The notes under the pieces were generated by a model. It saw nothing but the letters and a program-made list of their open reading frames with translations. It had not been told where the DNA came from and ran no database searches. From an uncultured Deinococcaceae bacterium (GTDB lineage Bacteria; Deinococcota; Deinococci; Deinococcales; Deinococcaceae), in contig CAXULY010000028.1 in NCBI GenBank assembly GCA_964252075.1, positions 1 to 64,000 of the forward strand: DNA of 64,000 nt. The letters run 5' to 3'. The number at the start of each line of letters is the position of its first letter. The stretch's first letter is position 1. A program made the translations under genes and the position numbers. This document shows, in pieces, positions 10,569 through 22,783 of the stretch.

Positions 10569-11902
10569 ATGATGCATGACGTGCTAGATCTGGCAGCCGT
10601 TCGTGCTCGACACACGCTTTTGGTGTTGCGTCTGTTGTGGCATGAAGACCTCTCCCGCGTGGACCTTTCGCGGCGGGTGGGGCTCTCGCGCAGCGCGATC
10701 TCCAGCATGGTGGCCGAACTGCTGGACGTGGGCCTGCTGACGGAGATCGGCCTGCGCGCCTCCAACGGTGCCGGGCGACGCGCGACGATGCTTCAGATCA
10801 ACCCGACCGCTGCCTACCTGATCGGGGTGGACCTCGGCGCGACGCACCTGCGCGTTGGCCTGCTGGACCTCCGCTGCCGCCTGCTGGCCACCCACGAGGA
10901 ACCCTGCGACGTGCTGCTGGGGCCGGACTCTACCTTTGCGGTGCTCGCCCGGTTGCTGGACGCCCTGCTGCGTCAGGCGGGCGTGCCGCTGTCGGCCGTC
11001 GCCATGATCGGTGTGGGCGTGCCCGGACCTGTGGACCACCGCACCGGGCGCGTCGTGCGCCCCCCGAACATGCAGGGCTGGGACGGCGAGGACATCGCCG
11101 GGCGCGTGCGCGCCCGCTACCCCGTGCCGGTGCTGGTGGACAACGACGCGAACCTCGGCGCGCTCGCCGAATGGCGCTTCGGCGAGCGGCGCGGCACGCC
11201 GGACCTCATTTACCTCAAGGTCGCGACGGGCATCGGGGCGGGCGTGCTGCTCGGCGGGAGCCTGCACCGCGGGTCCCGCGGCGGCGCGGGCGAGATCGGT
11301 CACATCTCCATCAACGAGGCGGGCCCTGTGGGCCGCAGCGGGAACCCCGGCAGCCTGGAGAGTTACGCCGCGTCGCAGGTGGTGCTGCGCGTCATGCGCG
11401 AGCGCCTCGCGCAGGGCCACCCCAGCCGCCTGCGCCCCGACGCGGGCCTGCACGACCTGATTCAGGCGGCGGGCGATGATTCCCTCGCGCAGACCCTGTG
11501 GGGCGAGGTGGGCCGCCACCTGGGCGTGGCGATCACCACCGTGCTGAACCTCTTCAACCCGGAAGCCGTGGTCATCGGCGGCCTGATCTCGCAGGCGGGC
11601 GCGCCGCTGCTGAACGCCGTGCGTGACGTGGTGGCGCAGCGCGCGCTGCTCATCAACCGAGATCAGGTGACGGTCACGCTCTCCACGCTGGGCGCCAACG
11701 TGGGCCTGCTCGGCGCGGGCGTGATGCTCATCGAGGACCTCTTCACCCCGCGCTTCCTGCCGCACCTGTACGCGGTGGCGCGCGCGAGCCAGGGCATGTG
11801 GTCCTCACGGGGGCCTCCGGCTCCGGTACGGTCATGGCACGAGGACGCACGACCTCCCCACGGGGAACGCCCGCTCGGGGAGCACATTCAAGGAGGCAGG
11901 TC

Positions 11903-11906
<4 letters not shown>
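10569..11906 (+). CDS. ROK-family transcriptional repressor
   Basis: N-terminal HTH ([18 protein letters not shown]), [20 protein letters not shown] and GEIGH. Confidence 0.9.
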
Positions 11907-13144
<1,238 letters not shown>

Positions 13145-13153
13145 AGCTGAAAT

Positions 13154-13183
13154 CGGGGCGGCGCGTCATCTCGCGCCGCCCCG
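13154..13183 (+). other. Intercistronic stem-loop after the SBP gene
   Basis: CGGGGCGGCGCG / CGCGCCGCCCCG inverted repeat, typical of mRNA-stabilising hairpins in ABC operons. Confidence 0.55.
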
Positions 13184-13234
13184 TTGACCACCGGGGCCGC
13201 GCGTCGGCCCCGCGCACGCGTTTCAAGGAGTTCT

Positions 13235-14382
<1,148 letters not shown>

Positions 14383-14386
<4 letters not shown>

Positions 14387-15237
14387 CCACCACCATTCCC
14401 CGACCCGAGGTGGCCGCGCGCCGCCTCAACCTGGCGCGCCCGCTGCTGTACGTGGGCCTCGTCATCGCCGCGCTGTTCTTCCTGGTACCCGTGTACCTGC
14501 TGGTCGTCACGGCCCTCAAGGCGCCCGACGCCATCAACCTCGACACCACCTGGGCGCTCCCCAGCCGCTGGAACTGGTCGAGCTTCCCCGAAGCGTGGGC
14601 GAAGGTGTCCGGCGGCCTGCGCAACTCCGTGATCCTGGCGATCACCGCGACGGCGCTCTCTGCGCTGCTCGGCAGCCTGAACGGCTACGCGCTCAGCAAG
14701 TGGACCTTCCGCGGCGCGAACATCGTCTTCGCGCTGATGCTGTTCGGGATGTTCATTCCGTACCAGGCGGTGCTGATCCCGCTCTTCCAGTTCATCAAGA
14801 GCCTCGGCCTGTACGGCTCTATCGGCGGCCTGATCCTCGCGCACGTCGTGTACGGCTTGCCCATCACCACCCTGATCTTCCGCAACTACTACGGCGAGGT
14901 GCCCGACGCGCTGGTGGAGGCCGCCCGCATTGACGGCGCGGGCTTCTGGGGTATCTACAGCCGCGTGATCTTCCCGCTGTCCGTGCCGGGCTTCGTGGTG
15001 GTCATCATCTGGCAGTTCACGCAGGTCTGGAACGAGTTCCTGTTCGGCGTGACCCTCGCGAGCCCCTCCAGCCAGCCCATCACGGCGGCGCTCGCGCAGC
15101 TCTCCGGCGGTCAGGCGGTCAGCTGGAACCTCCCCATGGCGGGCGCCATCCTGACCGCCATCCCCACCCTGCTGGTGTACATCCTGCTGGGCCGGTACTT
15201 CGTGCGCGGCCTGCTGGCGGGCAGCGTCAAGGGATGA
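14383..15237 (+). CDS. Sugar ABC transporter permease
   Basis: EAA loop ([10 protein letters not shown]) and C-terminal GLLAGSVKG. Confidence 0.92.
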
Positions 15238-15259
15238 ACCCCACCCCTGCTTCAGCCTG

Positions 15260-15283
15260 AAGCCCCTTCGGGGGCTTTTTTTT
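15260..15283 (+). terminator. Rho-independent terminator
   Basis: AAGCCCC-TTCG-GGGGCTT followed by a T-run. Confidence 0.85.
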
Positions 15284-15330
15284 GGCTTTCAGCACGGACC
15301 GCGCGTGCGGATGGACCTAGAATTCGGTCC

Positions 15331-15807
15331 ATGACCCTTCACGTTGGCGAGACGGCCCCCGCATTCACCGGCACCAGTGACGACGGACGCGAGGTGACGC
15401 CCGACACCCTGCGCGGGCGCTGGACGGTGCTGTTCTTCTACCTCAAGGCGGGCAGCTCGCACTGCGCGCTGGAGGCGCGGCGCTTCCAGCGCGCCCTGCC
15501 GGAGTTCGAGCGGCTGGGCGCGCAGGTGATTGGCGTGAGCACCGACCCGGAGGGCGAGCAGGGGTACTTCCGCTCCAGCTGCGTGCTGAGCTTCCCGCTG
15601 GTTGCCGATGACGGCGGCATCAGCGAAGCCTACGGTGTGCTGGGTGCGAGCCCCTTCGAGGGGGAAGTCGGCGTGCGCCGCGCCGCCCGCCAGACGTTCC
15701 TGATCGCGCCGGACGGTCGCATTGCGCGGCACTGGCAGGCCGTGGACCCAGGCACGCACGCGGACGAGGTGGCCGCGGCCCTGCGGGAACAGGTGGCGGG
15801 CGCCTGA
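15331..15807 (+). CDS. bcp: Peroxiredoxin, BCP/PrxQ family
   Basis: G..AP.F, VLFFY.KA....C..EA, IGVSTD and R.TFLIAPDG.I. Confidence 0.85.
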   Translation: MTLHVGETAPAFTGTSDDGREVTPDTLRGRWTVLFFYLKAGSSHCALEARRFQRALPEFERLGAQVIGVSTDPEGEQGYFRSSCVLSFPLVADDGGISEAYGVLGASPFEGEVGVRRAARQTFLIAPDGRIARHWQAVDPGTHADEVAAALREQVAGA

Positions 15808-15816
15808 CCGGCCCCG

Positions 15817-17250
15817 TCAGCGCACGCCGCGCACGCGGGAGATCAGCACGACGCCCAGCATGAAGCACGCGGCGGCAATGCCGAACACGATGGTGTAACC
15901 CTCGTTGCCGCCGCGCGCGTTGCCCCAGTCCAGCAGAAAGCCCTGCGGGGCGCTGCTCATCTGCGGCGCCACGAAAGCCACGTGCCAGATGCCCATGTCG
16001 CGCGCGTAACTCGCGGCGCTCGGCATGGCGTCACTGCCGAGCGCCCAGTCCACGCTGATGAAGGCCCCGTACCCCAGCCCGAAGGCGAAGGCCAGCGCGA
16101 GCGCCGCCACGAACCCCGGTGCGACCAGCAGCGCGAGCGCCGCGACCGTCATGACGCTGCCCGCCGCGTAGATGACCGGCTTGCGCCCCAGGCGGTCCGA
16201 CACGCGCCCTCCGATGAGCGCGCTCACGATGCTCCCCACAATGATGCACGCCAGCATGATGCTCGTCGCGGTGCCCGCGTTCTGCTGGCGCAGCACATCG
16301 TGCGCGTAGAACTGCAGGAAGGGCTGCACGCTGTACTGCCCGAGGCTGAACAGCGCGCGCGTGATGAACACCCACACGAACGGCTGGTACGCGAACAGGT
16401 ACCGCAGGTGCAGGTCGTGCCGCGCGTGCGGCGTGACGGAGATGACGCCCCGGCGCTCCAGCGTGAGGGCCGCCACGACCGCCAGCACCACCAGCAGCGG
16501 CAGCGCGAAGGCCGTGTACAGCGAGAAGTTCGGCACGAGGCGCGCGAACAGGAGGTACAGCGCGCCCAGCACCAGCACGATCGCCAGTACGCGCAGCAAC
16601 GACCCTATAAACGCCCGGCGGTGATCGCCGGGCTGCGCGGTGAGCTCCGGTTCCGGCACGGACGTCAGGGTGAGGGCCGAGCTGCCCACCAGCACCACCG
16701 CCACCAGCGCGTAGCTCACGAGGCCCGGCAGGTGCAGCGCGCCAATCCCGAAGGCCGCCGCCGCACCCAGCAGCTGCCCCACCGCCTGCAGCAGGCCCAT
16801 GGCGCCGCTGTACCGCCCGCGCTGCTCGGGCGGCACGAGGTCCGGAATGAGGGCGCTGTACGGCGCGGTCGCGAAGTTGTTCCCGAACTGCACGCACAGG
16901 AACCCCAGCACGTACACCCAGAAGCCCGCCATGCCGCCCAGGGCGCCCGCCGCGAGCGCCATGACGGCCAGCCCCGCCACGTTGAGGCCCACGCCGAGCC
17001 GCAGGAATCCCAGGCGCCGCCCCACGCGGTCGCTGTACACACCCACCAACGGCGGCAGCACCAGCGCAATGAGCGCCCCGATGCCCACCACGAGGCCCAG
17101 GTACGTGCCTTTCTGCCGCTCCCCCACGAAATGCAGGACGTCGGCGGGCATCAGGATGAGGAGCAGCAGCAGCCAGTGGAAGGCGCTGCCGAACCAGAAG
17201 CTGCTGAGCGTCCAGGGGCTGACCCGGCGGGCGGGGGAGAGGGAGGTCAT
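15817..17250 (-). CDS. MFS transporter
   Basis: Motif A-like [10 protein letters not shown] and [10 protein letters not shown]; more than 12 hydrophobic segments. Confidence 0.88.
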   Translation of the reverse strand: MTSLSPARRVSPWTLSSFWFGSAFHWLLLLLILMPADVLHFVGERQKGTYLGLVVGIGALIALVLPPLVGVYSDRVGRRLGFLRLGVGLNVAGLAVMALAAGALGGMAGFWVYVLGFLCVQFGNNFATAPYSALIPDLVPPEQRGRYSGAMGLLQAVGQLLGAAAAFGIGALHLPGLVSYALVAVVLVGSSALTLTSVPEPELTAQPGDHRRAFIGSLLRVLAIVLVLGALYLLFARLVPNFSLYTAFALPLLVVLAVVAALTLERRGVISVTPHARHDLHLRYLFAYQPFVWVFITRALFSLGQYSVQPFLQFYAHDVLRQQNAGTATSIMLACIIVGSIVSALIGGRVSDRLGRKPVIYAAGSVMTVAALALLVAPGFVAALALAFAFGLGYGAFISVDWALGSDAMPSAASYARDMGIWHVAFVAPQMSSAPQGFLLDWGNARGGNEGYTIVFGIAAACFMLGVVLISRVRGVR

Positions 17251-17287
17251 GCTGCGCCGAGTATAGGCGCCCACTGAACCCCTGCGG

Positions 17288-17674
17288 TCAGGGCACCTTC
17301 ATCGCCAGCTTCTGCGCCAGCAGGGCGTCCTGCAGGGGCTTGCCGCGCACCCAGACGTTCGCCATGGCGGGCTGGCCCTTCTTCACGATCTGCACGTACA
17401 CCTGCGCGCCCACCGGCAGCGCCTTCTGAATGGCGGGAATGGCGCCCGGGAACAGCGTGATGCCCGCGAGTCGCACCGGGGTCAGCACCGAGCCGAGACT
17501 CAGCGCGATGGTGCCGTCGTCCAGTACCGCGCGCACCTCAGCGGAGAAGCGCGGGGCGGGATTGGTGGTCTGCGCGTGGGCGGTGACGCCCAGCGTCATG
17601 CCCCCAATCAGCAGCGCCCCTGCCAGTTTCTGCGGCCACGCCTTGCCGCTGGCCTGTCTTGGGTTGTGAAACAT
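17288..17674 (-). CDS. Secreted hypothetical protein, degenerate thermonuclease (SNase)-like OB fold
   Basis: Signal peptide (..AHA-Q); [10 protein letters not shown]...VRLAGI echoes SNase VxDGDT/VRLxGID. TACAGT -10 upstream. Confidence 0.6.
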   Translation of the reverse strand: MFHNPRQASGKAWPQKLAGALLIGGMTLGVTAHAQTTNPAPRFSAEVRAVLDDGTIALSLGSVLTPVRLAGITLFPGAIPAIQKALPVGAQVYVQIVKKGQPAMANVWVRGKPLQDALLAQKLAMKVP

Positions 17675-17732
17675 GCCTCACTGTATGCCTTCATGTGAGG
17701 CTCATGCCCCTCAAATAAGGCACCATTGAGAC

Positions 17733-18761
17733 CTAGCGCTGCGTGCCGATGTCCAGGTTCTCCGCCACGGCGTCCCGCACCTGCTTCTGGCTGTCCTTGA
17801 CCTCCACGGCCACACGCGCGCCGCCCTCCAGGTCCATCACGAAGTGATCCCCATCCAGCCGCACGCGGCTCACGATCTGCTCGTCACCGCCGTCCCGCGT
17901 GCGGGCGCGCAGCTCCACGAAGCGCGACAGCGGCGTTCGGATCACCTTCGGCGCAAGCACCTCCTCCACCTGAAAGATGCCGCCGGAGTTGTTCATGGTG
18001 ACGTCAATCAGGACGGGCTTGTTGTCCCCGCGCGCGATCACCACCTGATCCACCGCGAGTGCACTGATGGAGTGGATGTCCACGCTGCCCAACTGAAAGG
18101 CCTTGCGCCCACGGCCCTTCGTGATGTCCGTGCCGTCCGCGACGGCCGTCACGCCACCCTCGATGGTGAGGGGCGCGGGGTTCAGGTCGTGGCAGTCAAT
18201 GCAGTGCAGGATGAAGCTGCGGATCTTGGTGCGCTTGAAGGTGTCCGGGTAGATGGGCGCCAGCACCCGGTCCACGATGGGGCGCGCCAGCATCACGCCG
18301 TGCTGCTCGTGGCTGGCGCGGTGCACCTGATTGCCGATGTCGTGCAGCATGGTGCCGAGAATCACGACGACGTACGCGTCCTCCAGGTCGCCCACGCCGC
18401 TGTCCACCACGTCAGGCTTCACCCCGGCGTCCGTCAGCAGCTCCAGGATGGCGAGGCTCGCGGCGCCCGTCACCCAGGCGTGCACGCGCCCATGGTCGTT
18501 GTACCCGAGTTTGCGCATGGTCAGGTAATTCGCCATGTCCCACGACGCCAGCGCCTCCGGGTCGCCGATGAGCGCCTCGTACGCGGCGAGCGCGCGCGGG
18601 TACGGCGTGAGGTCCGCGCGGATCGCGCGGTCCGCCTCCTCAATCAGTTTCGCTTTCGGTGTGGTGAATTCCGCCACGCGCGGCGCCACCGCGTGTCCAC
18701 CCAGCTCCACGTCACTCAGGGCGCCGTCCTCAAGGCTCAACGTGAACTTGTTCTTGGTCAT
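17733..18761 (-). CDS. HD-domain metal-dependent phosphohydrolase
   Basis: NDHGRVH, LHDIGN and VADGTD. Confidence 0.85.
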   Translation of the reverse strand: MTKNKFTLSLEDGALSDVELGGHAVAPRVAEFTTPKAKLIEEADRAIRADLTPYPRALAAYEALIGDPEALASWDMANYLTMRKLGYNDHGRVHAWVTGAASLAILELLTDAGVKPDVVDSGVGDLEDAYVVVILGTMLHDIGNQVHRASHEQHGVMLARPIVDRVLAPIYPDTFKRTKIRSFILHCIDCHDLNPAPLTIEGGVTAVADGTDITKGRGRKAFQLGSVDIHSISALAVDQVVIARGDNKPVLIDVTMNNSGGIFQVEEVLAPKVIRTPLSRFVELRARTRDGGDEQIVSRVRLDGDHFVMDLEGGARVAVEVKDSQKQVRDAVAENLDIGTQR

Positions 18762-18773
18762 GGCGGTGCCCGG

Positions 18774-19565
18774 TCACTCCCCCTGAAAGTCCGGCGCGCG
18801 CTTTTCCAGGAACGCGCGCGTGCCCTCACGGAAGTCCTTCGTGGCGACCGTCATGCCGAACAGGTCCGCCTCAATCTCCAGCGCGTGCTCCAGCGGCACA
18901 TCCAGGCCCCGGCGCACCGCCTCCTTCACCAGCGACAGGGAGATGGGCGCGTTCTTCAGCATCAGTTCCGCCATCTCGCGCGCGCGGCGCAGCGGGTCGT
19001 CCGCGACGGCGTTCACGAGGCCCATGCCGAGCGCCTCCTCCGCGCTCACCTGTCGCGCGGTGAGCATCAGGTCCAGCGCGCGGCCCGCCCCGATGAGGCG
19101 CGGCAAGCGCTGCGTGCCGCCGAACCCCGGCAGCAACCCCAGGCCCACCTCCGGCAGGCCGAGTTTGGCGCGTGGGCTCGCCACGCGGAGGTCGCAGGCG
19201 AGCGCCAGTTCCAGCCCGCCGCCCAGCGCGAAGCCGTTGATGGCCGCAATGGTGGGGATGGGGAGGTTCGCGACGCTCTGCAGCACGTCCTGGCCCGCGA
19301 GGCTCAGCTCGCGCCCCGCGTACACGCCGTCCATGTCCGCGAGTTCCGCGATGTCCGCACCCGCCACGAACGCGCGGTCCCCGCCACCCGTGATGATCAG
19401 CGCGCCGACCTCCGCCTGGTCCATCACGGCCTCCAGGGCCTGCGCGATTTCACTCAGGGTGTCCGCGCTCAGGGCGTTCAGGGCCTTGGGCCGGTTCACG
19501 GTCAGCACGGCGAGGGGACCGTGCTGGTCCAGTTGCAGGTTGCGGAATTCGAGTTCGTCGAGCAT
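18774..19565 (-). CDS. Enoyl-CoA hydratase/isomerase
   Basis: NRPKALNAL, AFVAGADI, GGGLELALACD and GLPEVGLG. TACAGT lies 6 nt before the ATG. Confidence 0.92.
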   Translation of the reverse strand: MLDELEFRNLQLDQHGPLAVLTVNRPKALNALSADTLSEIAQALEAVMDQAEVGALIITGGGDRAFVAGADIAELADMDGVYAGRELSLAGQDVLQSVANLPIPTIAAINGFALGGGLELALACDLRVASPRAKLGLPEVGLGLLPGFGGTQRLPRLIGAGRALDLMLTARQVSAEEALGMGLVNAVADDPLRRAREMAELMLKNAPISLSLVKEAVRRGLDVPLEHALEIEADLFGMTVATKDFREGTRAFLEKRAPDFQGE

Positions 19566-19977
19566 GCAGTCACTGTAGTGCCTGGGTGGGGAGCGTGCGG
19601 GCGCCACCCGAAAGCCGAAGGTTTGGTGTAACGCAGCCACAGCTCTTACTCGCGACTCATGAGGAAGCGTAAGAGCGTTTGAATTCCCGCCGCGCCGGGT
19701 TTTATGGCTCTCATGTTCTGTGAGGACATAGGAAAGGTAAACCCTCTCATGCTGAAAGGTCAGTTGAGCGCTCTCAAGGCCTATAAATGCTCTCATCGAA
19801 TGAGAAATCGATGGTCGGTAACACCTCCTCCTTCAAGGCGCGTTCCGAATCTGACGTGCAGGAAGCAAATCATCTAAAGGCACCCACCCAGGTATCACTT
19901 TTTCCTCACGCCACGTCCTTACGGTATGTGCAGGCATCTGGGTGTCATCCCACGTGCAATTGGGAAGGGAGAATCTC

Positions 19978-21210
19978 ATGCGCAAGAACATTGTTTACGT
20001 GACGGCCCTCAGCGCCGCTCTGAGCCTCGGTCTGGCGGCGGCACAGGACACCACCACCCCGGCCACCACGACACCCTCGACGACCACCCCTGCTACCACG
20101 ACGACTACCACGACGCAGGTGCAGAGCTTCCAGGACGTGCCCGCCGGTCACTGGGCGAAGGACGCCGTTGACTTCATCACGCAGCGCGGCCTGATCCAGG
20201 GCTTCCCCGACGGCACCTTCCGCGGCAACGAGAACCTGACGCGCTACCAGGCCGCGCTCATCTTCTACCGCCTCCTGCAGACGGGCGCCCTCACGAACGG
20301 CAGCCTGAGCAGCACCGACGTCGCCACCATCACGCGCGGCATGCAGGACGTCAGCGCCGAACTGGCCGCCGTGAGCAGCCGCGTCTCCGACCTGGAGCGC
20401 CTCACCAGCGACCAGCAGGCGCAGATCACCGCGCTGCAGAACCAGATCCAGGCGCTCCCCACCACCGGCGGCACCGACACCACCGCGCGCCTCGACGCGC
20501 TGGAGGCCAAGGTCAACGCGCTGCCGACCGACATCGCGAGCGCGGCGGACCTCACGGCCCTCACCGCCCGCGTCACCACCCTGGAAGGCAACCCAGCGGG
20601 CGCCAGCACCGCCGACCTGCAGGCCCTGACCGCCCGTGTGGCGGCCCTGGAAGCCGCGCAGAGCGCCGCCCCCACCACCACCACGACCACCACCCCGGTC
20701 ACCCCGGGTGACACCACCACCGTCGTGGTCGGTGAGCCCGCCGCGCCCGTCGTGACGCCCGACAAGAACTTCTACGTCGGCCTGAACGCCACCTACCCCT
20801 TCAGTGGCAACAGCAGCTTCGGGTACGGCGCCGTGATCGGCCTGAACAACCTGTTCGGCGGCTTCGGTCTGCGCGGCGACTTCGACTACCAGCCGGGCAA
20901 CAGCGCCTTCGGCGGCAGCGCCAACCTGACCTACAACCTCGGCAGCGGCACGGGCCTGAGCCCCTACGCTGGCGTCGGCGGCGGTCTCGTGAGCAGCACC
21001 GCCCGCGCGGACGCCAACACCAGCGCCACCGATTACTTCGCGGACGCCTTCGTGGGCGTGGACTACCGCTTCACGGACAGCCTGGGCGTCTTCGCCGAGG
21101 CGAACGGCAAGTACTTCTTCAGCAACAACGGCGCCGGCACGAACCTGGACGCGGCCTCCACCGGCGGCCTCGGCTTCGGCGTCAAGGGCGGCCTGAAGGT
21201 CTTCTTCTAA
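19978..21210 (+). CDS. S-layer homology (SLH) domain envelope protein with coiled coil and C-terminal outer-membrane beta-barrel
   Basis: Signal peptide, Thr-rich linker, SLH (FQDVPAGHWA...GFPDGTFRG...TRYQAA), heptad repeats, and beta-strands ending in terminal F. Confidence 0.9.
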   Translation: MRKNIVYVTALSAALSLGLAAAQDTTTPATTTPSTTTPATTTTTTTQVQSFQDVPAGHWAKDAVDFITQRGLIQGFPDGTFRGNENLTRYQAALIFYRLLQTGALTNGSLSSTDVATITRGMQDVSAELAAVSSRVSDLERLTSDQQAQITALQNQIQALPTTGGTDTTARLDALEAKVNALPTDIASAADLTALTARVTTLEGNPAGASTADLQALTARVAALEAAQSAAPTTTTTTTPVTPGDTTTVVVGEPAAPVVTPDKNFYVGLNATYPFSGNSSFGYGAVIGLNNLFGGFGLRGDFDYQPGNSAFGGSANLTYNLGSGTGLSPYAGVGGGLVSSTARADANTSATDYFADAFVGVDYRFTDSLGVFAEANGKYFFSNNGAGTNLDAASTGGLGFGVKGGLKVFF

Positions 21211-21223
21211 AGCGCGCCCGAGA

Positions 21224-21253
21224 AGGCGGGGGTGGTTACGGCCACCCCCGCCT
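21224..21253 (+). terminator. Stem-loop after the SLH gene
   Basis: AGGCGGGGGTGG / CCACCCCCGCCT inverted repeat. Confidence 0.6.
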
Positions 21254-21273
21254 CCTTCATGTACGGTGGAGCC

Positions 21274-21555
21274 ATGAAAGCCATCTGGAACGGCGCGGTG
21301 ATCGCGGAGAGCGACGACACCGTGGTGGTTGAGGGCAACCATTACTTCCCCCGTGACGCCGTGCGCGCCGACGTGCTCCGCCCGTCCGACACGCACACCG
21401 TGTGCCCCTGGAAGGGCACCGCCAGCTACTTCACGCTGGAGGTGGACGGCCAGCGCAACCCGGATGCCGCGTGGACCTACCCGGAACCGAAGGACGCCGC
21501 CCGCGAGATCACGGGCCGCGTGGCCTTCTGGAAGGGCGTGAAGGTCGAGGCGTAG
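21274..21555 (+). CDS. DUF427 family protein
   Basis: MKAIWNG.VIAES, EGNHYFP, CPWKG.ASY and AAWTYP.PK. Confidence 0.9.
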   Translation: MKAIWNGAVIAESDDTVVVEGNHYFPRDAVRADVLRPSDTHTVCPWKGTASYFTLEVDGQRNPDAAWTYPEPKDAAREITGRVAFWKGVKVEA

Positions 21556-21566
21556 GCAACCCGCAG

Positions 21567-21611
21567 GAAAGCGCGGGCGGCCCTCCTGAGCAGGAGGGCC
21601 GCCCGCGTTTC
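21567..21611. terminator. Hairpin between convergent genes (bidirectional terminator candidate)
   Basis: GAAAGCGCGGGCGGCCCTCCTG / CAGGAGGGCCGCCCGCGTTTC. Confidence 0.7.
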
Positions 21612-21618
21612 GTCGACC

Positions 21619-22590
21619 TTACTCCGCGTGGAGCACTTCGCTGATGAACACCCGCACGAGCCTGGGGTCGAAGGTGCGTCCCGCCTGCGCCCTCAGGTAA
21701 TCCAGGGCGTCCGTGTGGGACCACGCGGCCTTATAAGACCGATCCGAGGTGAGCGCCTCGAACACGTCCGCGATCGCCACGATGCGCGCCGCGAGCGGGA
21801 TCTCCTCGGCCATCAGGCCGCAGGGGTACCCGGCGCCGTCCCACCGCTCATGGTGGTGCAGCACCACTTCACGCACGCCCGCGGGCAGAAACGGCATGGT
21901 GTCCAGCAACTCCGCACCCCACACCGCGTGCTGCTGCACCAGCACCCGTTCCTGCGCGGACAGCGCGCCCGGCTTCAGCAGGATCTCGGACGGCACCCTT
22001 GATTTTCCCACGTCGTGCAGCGCCGCACCCCAGCGCACCACGCGCTGCTCCGCCACGCTGAGGCCCAGGGCCTGTGCCATCCGCTCGGCGTATGACACCA
22101 GCCGCTGCACATGCTGGCCCTTGTACACGTCCAGCGCGATGCCCAGGCAGTTCAGCGCCTGGTCAATCGCTTCCTCAAGGCCCGCCACGCGCGCGTCCAT
22201 GCGGAATTCCGCTTCCGCCTGCGGGCGCGCCCACTCCAGGCTGCCCGCGATGTAGCTGTCCGCGTGCTGCCACACGACCCGCACGCGCATGTCGAAGTTC
22301 TGCGTGCGCAGCATGGCCCGCTCACTCACGCCGAAGGCCGCCAGGAGGCCCTCCGGCGCGTCCTCGGTGGGAACGCGAAGCAGGGACGCCAGCGGGCGCC
22401 CCAGGCTGTCCGCGCGGCTCAGGCCTGTGAGGTGCTCCCAGGCACCACCGACCTCCACGAGCACGCCGCTGAGGTCCAGCAGGAACAGGGCCTGCGGTTG
22501 CAGGGACAGCAGGTGATGCAGGTTCGGGCGGGGACTGCCGCCCGTCTGCGGATAAGAGCGGGAGGGCGTCCCCCCGCCACTGCTGGCCAT
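21619..22590 (-). CDS. PAS + HD-GYP domain protein (predicted cyclic dinucleotide phosphodiesterase)
   Basis: PAS-like N-terminus (LFLLDLSG.LVEV..AWEHLTG), LHDVGK, HHERWDGAGYP, IADVFEAL and R.YK. Confidence 0.88.
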   Translation of the reverse strand: MASSGGGTPSRSYPQTGGSPRPNLHHLLSLQPQALFLLDLSGVLVEVGGAWEHLTGLSRADSLGRPLASLLRVPTEDAPEGLLAAFGVSERAMLRTQNFDMRVRVVWQHADSYIAGSLEWARPQAEAEFRMDARVAGLEEAIDQALNCLGIALDVYKGQHVQRLVSYAERMAQALGLSVAEQRVVRWGAALHDVGKSRVPSEILLKPGALSAQERVLVQQHAVWGAELLDTMPFLPAGVREVVLHHHERWDGAGYPCGLMAEEIPLAARIVAIADVFEALTSDRSYKAAWSHTDALDYLRAQAGRTFDPRLVRVFISEVLHAE

Positions 22591-22621
22591 CTGAACCGCA
22601 ACGCCATGCTTCACGAAACAA

Positions 22622-22783
22622 TCAATCCAGACCGAAGGTGCGGGGAGGGGGCGCGGCAAAGACGAGGCGGTCGAGCTTGCCCGCGAGCGCGGGCAGGACC
22701 GGCATGGGCGCGGGCTGCTGGAGCGCCGGCTTCTTCTCGTTGCGGGTGGGGACGTGACGGTTGCTTGGTGTCGTCATGCGCAT
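22622..22783 (-). CDS. Small Pro-rich hypothetical protein (51-53 aa)
   Basis: (MR)MTTPSNRHVPTRNEKKPALQQPAPMPVLPALAGKLDRLVFAAPPPRTFGLD. First ATG overlaps the upstream stop (TGATG). Confidence 0.5.
   Translation of the reverse strand: MRMTTPSNRHVPTRNEKKPALQQPAPMPVLPALAGKLDRLVFAAPPPRTFGLD

Noticed and set aside
20050..20720. ACC/ACG-rich tandem-like repeats
   Set aside because: They encode Thr-rich linkers and coiled-coil heptads of the SLH protein and are not a DNA repeat element.
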